DNA of 62,917 nucleotides, counting the filler, from Phoronis australis (Eukaryota > Animalia > Phoronida): the NCBI GenBank assembly GCA_002633005.1. It is 6 parts of 6 records of this genome, joined end to end, with 100 filler letters (N's around TTAATTAATTAA, not from the genome) between each part and the next. Parts side by side here need not be neighbours in the genome. Positions count along the whole stretch, not along the records: positions 1 to 25,196 come from NMRA01000558.1; 5 more parts are not named here. One strand, given 5' to 3'. This document shows, one piece after another, positions 1 to 10,745 of the stretch (position 1 is its first letter; each line of letters begins with the position of its first letter). A program made the position numbers and the translations under genes. Below the pieces are notes generated by a model. It was not told the DNA's origin, did no database searches, and worked only from the letters and a program-made list of their open reading frames with translations.

Positions 1-364
1 GGTACGCAGCAACAGTGTGGCATGTTGACTGACTAGTAAATGAAAGCAAACGACGACGTAACTTAACACAACCGAGGTAGAACAATGACTGACTCGGCAG
101 CTCTCACAGTCAGACTATATGAAAAGAAATTGGCGCGAAATGCTTGCCTCCTAAAACGTCACTTCCGGAGTAGCGGACGAGTAATTAACAAAATTAGGAA
201 AAGCTGTAATTAAGTGGAAAATATGTCTAGGATAACCAAACAACCTTATTTTAGCTCAAAATGACATGAAAAAAGGATGCCTTCGCCTTTAACCATATAA
301 CTCTATCCCTAGAATGTCAACTCCGCCGGCCCGCACGTGACCTATGTACATGTATTCTTTTCTT

Positions 365-570
365 AGAGCTTGCACTCCCGAGACTAGGTCCGAGTGTTTG
401 CACTGAGAATTTCCGGCTGGCTGCTCGACTGAGTTTTGAACGAGAGATGTCGTTATCAAATTCAGCTAAATTTCATTGCTTCATTTTAGTTTTCAAATTA
501 CTGTTCTTCAAAAGATGCTCTTCAGCTACAGTGTACGATATCATAATATCAGCGATTTCCCCGGAAGAAT
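365..570 (+). repeat. Dispersed repeat, second copy at about 14657-14850
   Basis: Both begin AGAGCTTGC..CCCGAGACTAG and share CTCGACT.AGTTTTGA.CGAGAG and AATTTCATTGCTTC. Confidence 0.7.
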
Positions 571-630
571 TAGTCAACTAATCCGCTTATTACACTGGTC
601 ATTCTTCGTAAGCACAGACCGTTGGCCCTT

Positions 631-1623
631 TTGGCTGGTTTCCTGCGTGTAGATAACACGCAGGTACCACTGGTTGATGTAACCTCGGAAGTCATTGATT
701 AGCTTTCAGCCTCGTCTCCAAGCCTCAAGATGGCGCTGATCGGCTTAGCCATTTGAGACTTGGTTTTGATCATGGGACATTGTACGTACTTTCTGCGCAG
801 TGCTTGGCTGCTGCCCTGACTTCATTAAAACAAAGATAGATTTTAATTATTTTCCCAGGCATCGTTGCTGCCATTCATGAAACAGAAGGCATTGTCTTGG
901 TTATTGTTTGAAATAAAGGTTGAAAGAGTACTTATTGTCAGTTCTTTTGAAATTAATCAATTTTCGAATCAAAGTACATCATTTTCGCGATAAATTTGAC
1001 CTAAATTGCTCCAATCTACCGTTAGCTTACATGTTTATTATACTGCAGAAAATTTCAAAGTTGATATAACTTTATATAACCCGTGATATTCCGGCGATTT
1101 CCGTGTCATTATACTCGTTTCATTTCCCATGACCAAGCCTCAAGTGGCTAAACCGATCAGCGCCATCTTGAGGCTTGGGGACGAGACTGGGTTAGGTTTA
1201 CCACAAAGAAAGTTTTCAGCCTTGTCATGCACGTGGCGCAACAGCAACTACTTCGTTTCTGCAGTGTTTAATAGCCGCGTGGTTGAAGCACCGCATACAT
1301 GTACAATGAACACACATCTGGCCAATTTAACAGGTGTGTTATTCATATTGTGTGAATACAGGACAACAACGTAAACAAAGCAACAGTAGAAAATGACTCC
1401 GGAAAGGCGGGATTCACCTTTCTTGAACATGAATTAAGCACCGGTTTGTCTGTACAACAGACCACATTTACACTTCCTCCATCGGTGCCAGTTTGCGCAA
1501 AGCGCCACCTGTTGAGAATTCGATCAGCCAATCAGAAACGCCGGAGTAAAAAAAAATCCCAATAAAAATTAAATGATACCCGCGTGTGTTCTTCCACCTA
1601 GCGACACGCAGGGAAGCAGCGAA
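631..1623. mobile_element. MITE with about 9-bp TSD (Mutator-like), host of a nested MITE
   Basis: Termini GCTGGTTTCCTGCGTG and CACGCAGGGAAGCAGC are inverted; TGGCCCT occurs in both flanks; homologous along its length to 38889-39447. Confidence 0.7.
707..1189. mobile_element. Nested MITE with about 58-bp TIRs
   Basis: CAGCCTCGTCTCCAAGCCTCAAGATGGCGCTGATCGG... is the reverse complement of ...CCGATCAGCGCCATCTTGAGGCTTGGGGACGAGACTG; flanks GATTAGCTTT and GGTTAGGTTT are a degenerate 10-bp TSD; absent from the 38889 copy of the host. Confidence 0.85.
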
Positions 1624-2754
1624 TGTGGCCCTGGGTGGATGCCAGGAATAGTTGGCCTCTGATATCCTTTCAGCTCCAGTCACAGAGCCTCTCTCCACAA
1701 CCTATCATAATACATGCCAGGAGTTTTGCAACACGTCATTTGGGGTGTTAAAATCCTGATACAGTATCTTACGGAAAGAAGTTGCATTTTTGTTAATTCG
1801 AATTCCGAGAAGTAGGTCTACTGTTATCAGTAGTATTAACCTCCACCCTTGACGTAAAAGTTATAAAAATGAAAAGTTTATTTTGTAAAAGCACCCAATC
1901 CAGTAATTCGTGTGACAAATTACAGTGTATTTGACGATTGCCTCGCTCTTGGCGGACTGTCCCATTCTTTCTGCCATCCCGCCACACCATCTAAATGTCC
2001 CGCTTTTTGATACGCTGCCAAATTGACATATTATCATATACTATTGTAATTTCCCGCTCAACTAAAAAAACATGACGTTTCATGATTTTTAGGCACCAGT
2101 AATTTCCCATTAAGCTTTTAAAAAACAACAACAGTAAGAAGCGCTGCCGGCCGTTTGGGAATGTTATATCTCCCGTTCGACAAAAAACGTTGTCTGTCTT
2201 TGTGTGTTGCAGCGAACATTTAAACCCTACGTTTTGACTTAGACCGAGATGTCATTGTTATCATGAAGTATCGCTTTTCAAACCCGTTCTTCCATTTTTT
2301 TCCTTCTTAAATTTTGAATGTGACAACTATGCAACACTTTATTTAGTAACGTAACATTCGTAAAAATGTGTTCCAATGTCTCTTGTTTACGGTAACATAC
2401 ACAGCATGTATTAGGATAATTAACTTTCACTTTCTGAAGAAAAGAATTTTTTTAAAAACTTTTATGGAAAGTCCTACACTCCAACCAATGTGATTAGCTA
2501 TCCACAGTACATTTCAAACCTACGTGATAGATGTTTGCCCATTTTTCTATCAGAAAACCTTTATCTGCAAATTTTGGATACACATACTTGGAGTAGCTCT
2601 TCGTATTTTTCGTAAATGTCACCGCATTCTGACTTTTTGCTGAAGAATGTAATTGTATCAAATGGCACCAAACGTCCAATTCACTACTTGCACGCATTCG
2701 CCATATTTAAATGGGCCAACGCCAAAACGAGGCCACCTGTCCCACGTCGCAAGC

Positions 2755-2895
2755 ATGGTTCATTGCTGTGTGCCGCTGTGCAGTAACTCATCTAAGAAAA
2801 AGTCGTCATTTTCTTTCCATAAGTTCCCGAGTGACCAGACAGTTCGAAACAGGTGGATAGTTAATATCCGTAGAGATCCAGGAAAAGACTTTAAC
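2755..2895 (+). CDS. THAP-domain protein, exon 1
   Basis: ATG at 2755 gives MVHCCVPLCSNS...FSFHKFPSDQTVRNRWIVNIRRDPGKDFN (THAP C-x4-C, FP and W motifs); ends at a phase-0 GTAAGT donor at 2896. Confidence 0.85.
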
Positions 2896-3529
2896 GTAAG
2901 TTTACAGGCAATTGCAATTAGAGAAATGAAAACCTTGTAAGCCGGTGTCCCGTCATGGCCACTTTACCTTTCCACGTCGTAAGGTCGATTGTAAATACGT
3001 GAAAAAGAATTATTTTTGCCAAATTGGTAAACGCTTTCGTTTTTTGACGTAATATTTGTCTAAGACACATTCTTTTGATCTTACTGTATATTTATGCGAT
3101 TTAATCCCATCGTTGTGACGTTGGTCTGCTCGGCCTGAGCCTGCAGACTGACTGTACTCACTGGATCGGTACGTCATGTACGGGTCGGTGGCTTACTGGG
3201 TGCACGATGTCTAGTTTTTATTAATGTTTTCTGGTCGGAGTAGATTATTTTGTTGTCGTACCAGTATGCAAAATGAGCTATGGTCATTTCAAACCATGTC
3301 TTGCAAAATTGGGGTGCTGGACAACNNNNNNNNNNNNNNNNNNNNNNNNNNNNNNNNNNNNNNNNACCCCCCCCCCCCCCTCTGCCCAGGCAGCCAGTTG
3401 GTCATGTATAAAACTATGCAACTCAATCGCCCCTGTATTGTAATTGGTCTACTGTTAGAAGGAGAAATTGCATTGCTTAGGAAAAGTATTTCTCTACGTA
3501 TATGTGATTAATATTTTTTATCCATTCAG

Positions 3530-3708
3530 CTAACACCAAACACATGTGTGTGCTCAGCTCACTTCACTAAAGATGACTACATCTTCAAGGCGAACATCAT
3601 GAAGAAGATCCTAAAGGATGGTGCGGTTCCAACCATTTTTAACTGGAGCAAAACAGGCGTTAGAAAGCGAAGGTCACCAAAAAAGAGATGTTCTGTTGAT
3701 ACTCTGGG
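3530..3708 (+). CDS. THAP-domain protein, exon 2
   Basis: TTCAG acceptor ending 3529; in phase with exon 1: LTPNTCVCSAHFTKDDY...LKDGAVPTIFNW (CxxHF and AVPTIF box) then a basic KRRSPKKR stretch; GTATGT donor at 3709. Confidence 0.85.
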
Positions 3709-4096
3709 GTATGTTATAATATACGTGTATTAAGTTGTATAAGTTTGTATGAATGCCTGACTAAATTATCCACACCAAGTGTGAGGGACCTATATTCTAA
3801 AACCTTTGTCTCTATGAGGTAGAAATCATTTGAATCCTAGAAATTATTTCCCTAATGGCTTAATTTGTCATCTGTATAACCTTTCTACTGATATGGCTCG
3901 TATGCAGTTCGGTTGAAAAACGCCGGCGATGCGAAAACGTTTAATGACAGTAAATTCCATAGCAAGTACAATGTACACTCGCCAACCCTCATGCATACGT
4001 TGCGAAACCTGAGTAGCCGCGATATCGGAGTTGGCATTCCATGATTCGAGTTTTATGGGCCGCCGCCTACATTGTAATGTAACTGATGTTGCACTC

Positions 4097-4254
4097 CAGG
4101 GGCGGATCCAGGATTTTAAGTTAGAGGGGGTCAGGGCAGAGTATTAGCCAGGATTTTTCCCGTCCGACATTCGCACCCCCGAACTACCAAATGGAATCTG
4201 GGAGGGTTTTAGGGGGACCATGGCCCCTTTGGCCTCCCCCTAAATCCGCCATTG
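4097..4254. mobile_element. GC-rich MITE with 5-bp TSD
   Basis: TIRs CAGGGGCGGAT and ATCCGCCATTG; TSD CACTC; same family at 33540-33839 and about 37069-37210. Confidence 0.8.
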
Positions 4255-4711
4255 CACTCGTTCATACGAATGCAGTGCATGGTCTCCTTAGGTATTAGTT
4301 CTAAGGCTCCTTTTCAGGTGCCGGGAAAAGATGAACACAAAAAGCGCCAAGAGTTGTTGGTTACGTTACAGCTCAAAATATATGATGTTGCTTGATTGGT
4401 GATGAAAATGAAACATCCCTTTATTTTATATTATTAACACACGCACAGTGATCGTAGCACGTACTGCTCTGCGTCTAAGCCTGTCTTTATCGCTGCAGAG
4501 AAAATGTGATAAAACACTGATCGACAATGCATCACACGTTCACATCACTTTCTTGATTTTCTATGAAATACAACTTCTCATCCTGTGACAACTAATTTTC
4601 TAAATGGGGAAAACTGTGACGGATGAAATTGCGTTAATGTATAAATATGACGCTGATTACTTTTGATTTACTGTTTTACTTTTGAAGTCAGCGACGACAT
4701 CGCCGTTATCG

Positions 4712-7489
4712 ATGGCTCTTAGAAACAATGTTATGCTATTTCTAATCACAACTGTATCTTTTTGTAAGTGTATTAGCCTAGTCGGGGCAATAGATTGCTC
4801 AATAGTTTCAAAGTCTGTTATTAAGGCCAAACATCGATGGGGCAACGTCAACTTAGCCAGGTGTGGAATTCGGGAGATTTCAGGGAATAAATTCAACAAC
4901 CTCTCGTTTAAAGTGATAAGTTTGCAACTCGATGAAAACCAGATCTCACGAATAGGAAAAGATTTCTTACGAGGACTGGGTGGTGTTAAGCGTCTTACCT
5001 TGAATGGTAACAACGTGAGCAGGATCGACGACGGAGCATTTGAACGAATGCAGACTGTGGAGACAGTGGAGCTGTCCAAGAACAAAATAACAGAGATACA
5101 GGAAATGACATTCCATGGTCTCTCTTCACTTGCAGTGTTGAACTTACAGGAAAATTTGATAACAATCGTTCAAGGTAGTCCTTTCAAGTCCCTTACCAAT
5201 CTAAAAACCTTACAACTCAGGAGAAACAAACTGGGTAACATTTCGATGGATGTGTTTAAGGGTTTAAGCAATCTGGTGATGTTGGATATCAGCTTCAACA
5301 GAGTTCAAGAATTGAAGAATGGACCGTTTGCTCATTTAAAACATTTAAAGAATCTTATGTTGTCAGATAACTACTTGCAAAAGATCACACCAACTGCGTT
5401 TCTTGGTCTCGAACATCTTGTGTTTCTACATATAAGCAGGAACGAGATAACGACCATCAGTACATCGGCCTTTACTGACACCTATCGTCTGATTACATTA
5501 GACATCGGGCAGAACAATCTGACATACATTTCAAACTTCTATTTCGAGGGCCTTCAAGCGCTTAAGGTTTTGGTGATCAGCAAAAATAGAGTCCGCGAAA
5601 TTCAACCAAGTGCATTTCGAAATCTTCGGGATTTACGTTCCGTCAGTTTGGAGGGAAATTTGGTACATAACTTACCAAAAGAATTATTTAAAGGGTTGCA
5701 CAGTTTAAATTATCTTTTTTTAAGCTCTAATAAGCTGGAAACTTTTGATTTGGTTAACCTTAATAATTTGAACATATTAGACTTATCGCATAACTTGCTG
5801 ACAAATTTGAAACGGGAAACATTTTCAAATCTAACAAAATTGTCGACATTGTTGTTATCGGGTAACATCATTACATCCGTTCATGAAGACGTTTTCGTGA
5901 ACATGAAGAATCTTCAATGTCTTGAGCTTGAAGTTGACGCTGTTGCAAGTTTGTCAAAAACGAAGTTGGGTGGCCTATTGGATTTCACGCTTACAATAAA
6001 AAATATGACTACAACTGTTAGCTTACCGTCGGTAGTCATGGAAATGCCAAAATCACCTGGTATGAATAGCGTTTGGTTTCGAGGAGTTAGAGTCGTTAAC
6101 AGTGGAATGAATAATATAAGTTTATCAAAGGAATTCCTAAAGAATATAAGAAGTCACAAGTTAAACTTCAGAGGCTGCAACATCATCGAAATCTTGGAGG
6201 AGACATTTTGGTGGCAATCAAATGCGACAGAACTGACTTTAGCAGATAATTTTCTTCGTTACATATCTCCATCGATGTTTTCACCTTTATCTGACCTAAT
6301 AGTACTTGATTTATCAAATAACACCATAGTGACGATTCAGCGGAATTCCTTCAAGAACCTGAGGAATCTGGAAGACTTAGATCTATACGGCAATAACATT
6401 AAGAGAGTAAGCAAAAATTGGATGTGGGGACTCTTCAATCTGAGAACACTGACTCTTGGTTTTAATGAGATCAACCAATTAGAAAACGAATGTTTCTTCT
6501 TCATGTATAATTTGGAGTACCTTCTACTTCAAAACAATAACATACCAACCGTTAACCGCAATATTTTTTCCAGATATTTCATGGTGTTGACTACTCTTCA
6601 TCTTTCACACAATCAAATCAGTGACATACAGAAAGATACTTTTTGTAATCTAAAACAATTACAGTATGTTAACCTAAGTGGCAATCGCATTCGAAATATT
6701 TTCAAAAATGTGTTTGATTGTGTGAACACACTAAACAAAATTGACCTCAGCAACAATGAATTAGTATTTGTAGAATACGAATCGTTTGCAGGAATGCCGA
6801 ATTTACGTGTAGTAAACTTCGAAAATAACAGAATTCAGACTGTTTCTGCTGAGTTTGGTTCAAATGTCTTCTACTTGAGTGGAAATCCATTTCATTGTAA
6901 TTGTGAGTTGAACGAGTTTCAAGAAAATTTGAAATATGTTGTCACATACTACAGAAGTAGATTTATAGAGTGTAAAACCCCTTTCAAGAAAAGTTTTCCT
7001 ATTGATAGTTTTATCGAAAAAACACTTGTGTGTGAAAAACCGTCCCAGCCTCGTCTGCAATTTAGAATTCACGAAGGATACGCCGAGGTTAGTTGTTCGG
7101 CCTCAGGTGACCCAGCGCCCATGATCAAGATTACCACTGCACCGTCAAATGAAGTCGTTGAATTCCGATCGTTGGAAAATCGTTCCGTGTTAGAGAACAC
7201 CGGATCCATCCGTTTTCTTGGTAACCAGTTGTCCTTGGAGGACTACGCTTGTGAAGCTGTAAATCTGATAAGTTCAAGTTCTGTTCGCGCTCCATTATCA
7301 TGCAAGTCGAGCCGAAAAGGCAAAATGGCGGTCATGGATATTTTGTTCACAATTGTCGGCGCAGTCGCTGCTATAACATGTGCACCGTTTTGCTGCTTTA
7401 TTAAACATCTCTTGTGCTCTAAATTTACTAGAATGCGACATGAGAGGCAGGCGTCAGACACAAGTCAATGTCAACAGATAGATGAATAG
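4712..7489 (+). CDS. Intronless leucine-rich-repeat, Ig-domain, single-pass membrane protein (LRR-LRRCT-Ig-TM, LIG/LINGO-like architecture)
   Basis: First ATG of the 935-codon ORF is at 4712. Hydrophobic signal peptide, about 24 LxLxxNxI repeats in two blocks, LRRCT (NPFHCNCEL...ECKTP...VC), Ig domain (VSCSASGDPAP...DYACEAVN), TM segment ILFTIVGAVAAITCAPFCCFI, short cytoplasmic tail; AATAAA near 8333. Confidence 0.93.
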   Translation: MALRNNVMLFLITTVSFCKCISLVGAIDCSIVSKSVIKAKHRWGNVNLARCGIREISGNKFNNLSFKVISLQLDENQISRIGKDFLRGLGGVKRLTLNGNNVSRIDDGAFERMQTVETVELSKNKITEIQEMTFHGLSSLAVLNLQENLITIVQGSPFKSLTNLKTLQLRRNKLGNISMDVFKGLSNLVMLDISFNRVQELKNGPFAHLKHLKNLMLSDNYLQKITPTAFLGLEHLVFLHISRNEITTISTSAFTDTYRLITLDIGQNNLTYISNFYFEGLQALKVLVISKNRVREIQPSAFRNLRDLRSVSLEGNLVHNLPKELFKGLHSLNYLFLSSNKLETFDLVNLNNLNILDLSHNLLTNLKRETFSNLTKLSTLLLSGNIITSVHEDVFVNMKNLQCLELEVDAVASLSKTKLGGLLDFTLTIKNMTTTVSLPSVVMEMPKSPGMNSVWFRGVRVVNSGMNNISLSKEFLKNIRSHKLNFRGCNIIEILEETFWWQSNATELTLADNFLRYISPSMFSPLSDLIVLDLSNNTIVTIQRNSFKNLRNLEDLDLYGNNIKRVSKNWMWGLFNLRTLTLGFNEINQLENECFFFMYNLEYLLLQNNNIPTVNRNIFSRYFMVLTTLHLSHNQISDIQKDTFCNLKQLQYVNLSGNRIRNIFKNVFDCVNTLNKIDLSNNELVFVEYESFAGMPNLRVVNFENNRIQTVSAEFGSNVFYLSGNPFHCNCELNEFQENLKYVVTYYRSRFIECKTPFKKSFPIDSFIEKTLVCEKPSQPRLQFRIHEGYAEVSCSASGDPAPMIKITTAPSNEVVEFRSLENRSVLENTGSIRFLGNQLSLEDYACEAVNLISSSSVRAPLSCKSSRKGKMAVMDILFTIVGAVAAITCAPFCCFIKHLLCSKFTRMRHERQASDTSQCQQIDE

Positions 7490-9892
7490 ACGGTACGTGA
7501 GAAATTTTGCGAACCAAATGGCGAATAGTGTGATTATCAACTCCTTGCTTATACATGTACAAAGCGTTTTTTCTGCGTATCAGCCTAATGCTGAATTTGT
7601 TTTTATTTGCACGAAAGGACACTAAATGGAGGTCTTTGGGAAACATCCTGCTTCCCGGTCTGCGTTCCGGTAACCAATTTCTACGGAAAAAAGCGACTCC
7701 ACGCAAATGTTTGCAAGATAATGCCATGCATTACAAACTTCACTCCCTAGTGTCTTGCGCCCATTGAGTCTACGGAACGCTTCCGTCGAAGTGACTTTGC
7801 ATCTAAGAAAGTCATTGGAGTTGTTCGGAACGAACGACAGTCATTTTTCGAAAACTTGTGTCGTCGACTAGCTGCGGTCGTGAACTTGACTGGTGATCAA
7901 TTTGAAATAAGTGCTATGTTTCTCTTTGCAGAAAGTTCAGCAACTAGATTACCCCCGGCCAGTGGAAACTTCTTAAGAAGTTTTTCAAATATTTCAGTGC
8001 AACTCAAAGCGGGCGAAAATTGCAATTGATGACACCCAACACTGTCCACATTTTTTAAGCATGTTTCCGTTAGGTGTTTTTCAGAGCTCCTCGTTAAGCC
8101 CGGCTTCAGGCGTAGGCGAATTGCATGGTTCAAATACGCGTATGTAAGCGCTAGGTCTTTACGGCCGGGTAACTGCAGGTCAACGTAGGAGACAGTTAAT
8201 GACTGGTAGGTAACAAAGGGAACACGATTGTCACTGAGTGTCATGCAAACTTGTGCATTCAAATTAATTTGTGGTTGACAGACTGTTTTCTGTATCAGTG
8301 AAATGTGTTGTACACCTCAGTTGTTTACTTTCAATAAATGTTTCATCGCAAATTGTGTATTAAACTGAATTCGGCGAATTTGATTAGCACGCAAACACAC
8401 AACAAATCAACGGGGAAGAACTGAACACAAAAGTTTCTAGGAATACATTTTGGGACTCTACCCTTAAAGTTAGAGTGCTGTGTAATGCATAGATCGTCGT
8501 GCGGAAGTATTTTCGAATCAGGCAATAATCTTGATCGTCGTGAAAGTAAAGCTCGTAGGAAAGTACAGGGAATGAGGGGCAGCTAGAGTTCAGTAGCTGT
8601 CTCGAGGCAAGAAAAATTTAGCCAAAACACGATTGTTCTCATTGAAAACACACGGCAATATCTCACGTACTCTCGCGAAGTCTTGATTATTAGCTAGGTC
8701 CCACCATTTCTCAACTCTACCCAGCTTTGGTTACTTGACAAAGGGGTGGATTATTTCAGTTTCGTCAGCCTCGGTTTTCTTGAGAAATTTGGTTAATGAT
8801 CAATTGTGCATTTCACCTACTAACTCATTTACTTTGTATGCCACTGAAACTACTGAGTATCGCCATCTTACTGGTGTGGAACCACCACGAATCTTTCCCT
8901 TTGTAACATAGCCATCTCAGGAGAATGGGCCTGTGAAAGATAATGGCGCACACCAGCAGAAATCCCTGTGTTGGCGTCATCCAATATCTCGGTTTAAAAA
9001 GCACGTTTGTTGCAAATATAGGCTAGTGGGCCAGAAATGAGCTGGTTAATTGTAAAGAATCGTTCTTTTTGTTTTATTATTTGTGTTCTTGTTACCTTGG
9101 CTGTCACAAAATGTGAACTCGTTTGGAAACATTGATTTAATCTGTTTTTGTTATAGCAGTAATCTCAATACTATTGAACTTGCGGTACATGTAATAATTC
9201 CACTTTTGTCGCGGGAACCAGCAAACAGCTACTCGCAACAAGTCATTTCTCAATAAGAACAATTCCACCAATTGCATTTTCGATGATCCCGACCTCATCA
9301 CTTAATTATTTGATGCCACCTAGGCGGGCAACTTGTGATTGTGACTTGAAGGTAGATATATGTAACTATACTCTTTCGTATGATATCATGATGGCCGTCA
9401 GTTTTTAGTTGTTATCTCCCCCATAAATTACTCACATGTCCTGCAAAGCTGCCGATGAAAAAAGATTTCCGGTACTGTTTCCTTTTCCGTCATCAACATG
9501 TGACTCTTGAAGGTCTCAGGTATTTACGCCGACGAAAAACGGATTGACACAGTTACGATTCTTGCAGGCGTCGGAACACTTTTAACACATTCTGCACGAA
9601 AATTGTATTAATACAAAACTGCATCTGCAACAACGAACAGCGAAGATCTGTTTGTTGTGCGGCTGCACCTTCAATCCACTTGACAAGCATCTCATCTTCT
9701 CGACTATGGTCGATAGGCTCCGAATTGGAATCTTGTGAATAATACACGGGAAGACAATGAATAAAGAGGAAGACTTTCACACAACAGTCTGAAATGAAGT
9801 GGATTTGGGCTAATTGCTGATTTTGATGGTAGTGCGTCCATTATAAACGTTATTCTCTGCAAGTTTTCACGCAAATCGTCATCCAGTATCAG

Positions 9893-10151
9893 GGGCATGT
9901 TCCAAGAAACTGACTCGAGTTCATTTTTTTACTTAAGTTTAAGATTTTTCTTAACTTCCAAACTTTGAAACTTTCACATTTGGTAAGTTAGTCAAAATTA
10001 AGAGAAAATGTAGGCCTATGTCAAACACTTTTAAAAGTCAAACTTAAGATCTCTTTCTTGAATTGGTTTTGAGACAAATTTAACTTTTATTTTAAAATTT
10101 ACAAAACTTTAAGATTTGTCTTAGCTAAGTCAGTTTTGTTGGAACGGGCCC
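9893..10151. mobile_element. MITE
   Basis: GGGCATGTTCCAAGAAACTGACT and AGTCAGTTTTGTTGGAACGGGCCC inverted termini around an AT-rich CTTAAG-rich core. Confidence 0.7.
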
Positions 10152-10499
10152 TTGTGTTTCATGCTTACCGAAGGCGTCAAGAGGCGGGCAATCTGAACCT
10201 GTCCCTTTTGACTGTGTTATGCCCCGTGAACGCGCGATCCATGCCACTCAAACCATCACGTATGTCCTCTCGAAGTTGTTTGTGTTTGTGCACTTTATTT
10301 ATTTCCACAAATCGTGTTCGAGCCACGCACCTCTGAACATTGGGACAAACCTTTATACACAAAACTATAATAGTGATATCCAAAAATATCACACGTGTGC
10401 ACATCCTGGGAGGGATCGGGGGATCGGTCGGGAGATTGGTGGCGGCGACCCTTTGGAGCTACCCTCTTGACATCCTAAGTCCTGGGTCCACTGGTACAT

Positions 10500-10745
10500 C
10501 ACGAAAATAAAAAGGGGTGGTACGGTCTGGCAAGAGTAGATAACAATGGTAAAAAGATGTTCGATGTCTAGAAGGTGAAGCGTATGTAAAAGTTGTATCT
10601 TCGGTACATATGACAAAAGTAATGAAAGGCGTGCGTGCCCGCAGAGCGAAAAGAGCTTATAAAACAGTGTGTAATAGAACTGTACACCAAGTATATCGGT
10701 GATGCAGACATTGCGGACCAACACACGAGGTGGAGGAAGAAGCCA
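10500..10745 (+). mobile_element. Degenerate piggyBac-like transposase fragment
   Basis: Reads IKQCVIELYTKYIGDADIADQHTRW, resembling the piggyBac motif P.CI..YN..MGGVD.ADQ; stops nearby. Confidence 0.45.

Noticed and set aside
4657-5085. 142-aa antisense ORF and other short ORFs opposite the LRR gene
   Set aside because: Shadow frames of the real coding strand with no recognisable motifs.
9540-9760. Cys-rich minus-strand segment (KWIEGAAA...KCSDACKNRNCVN)
   Set aside because: Needs frameshifts and a stop; at best a decayed transposase C-terminus, not supportable as a gene.
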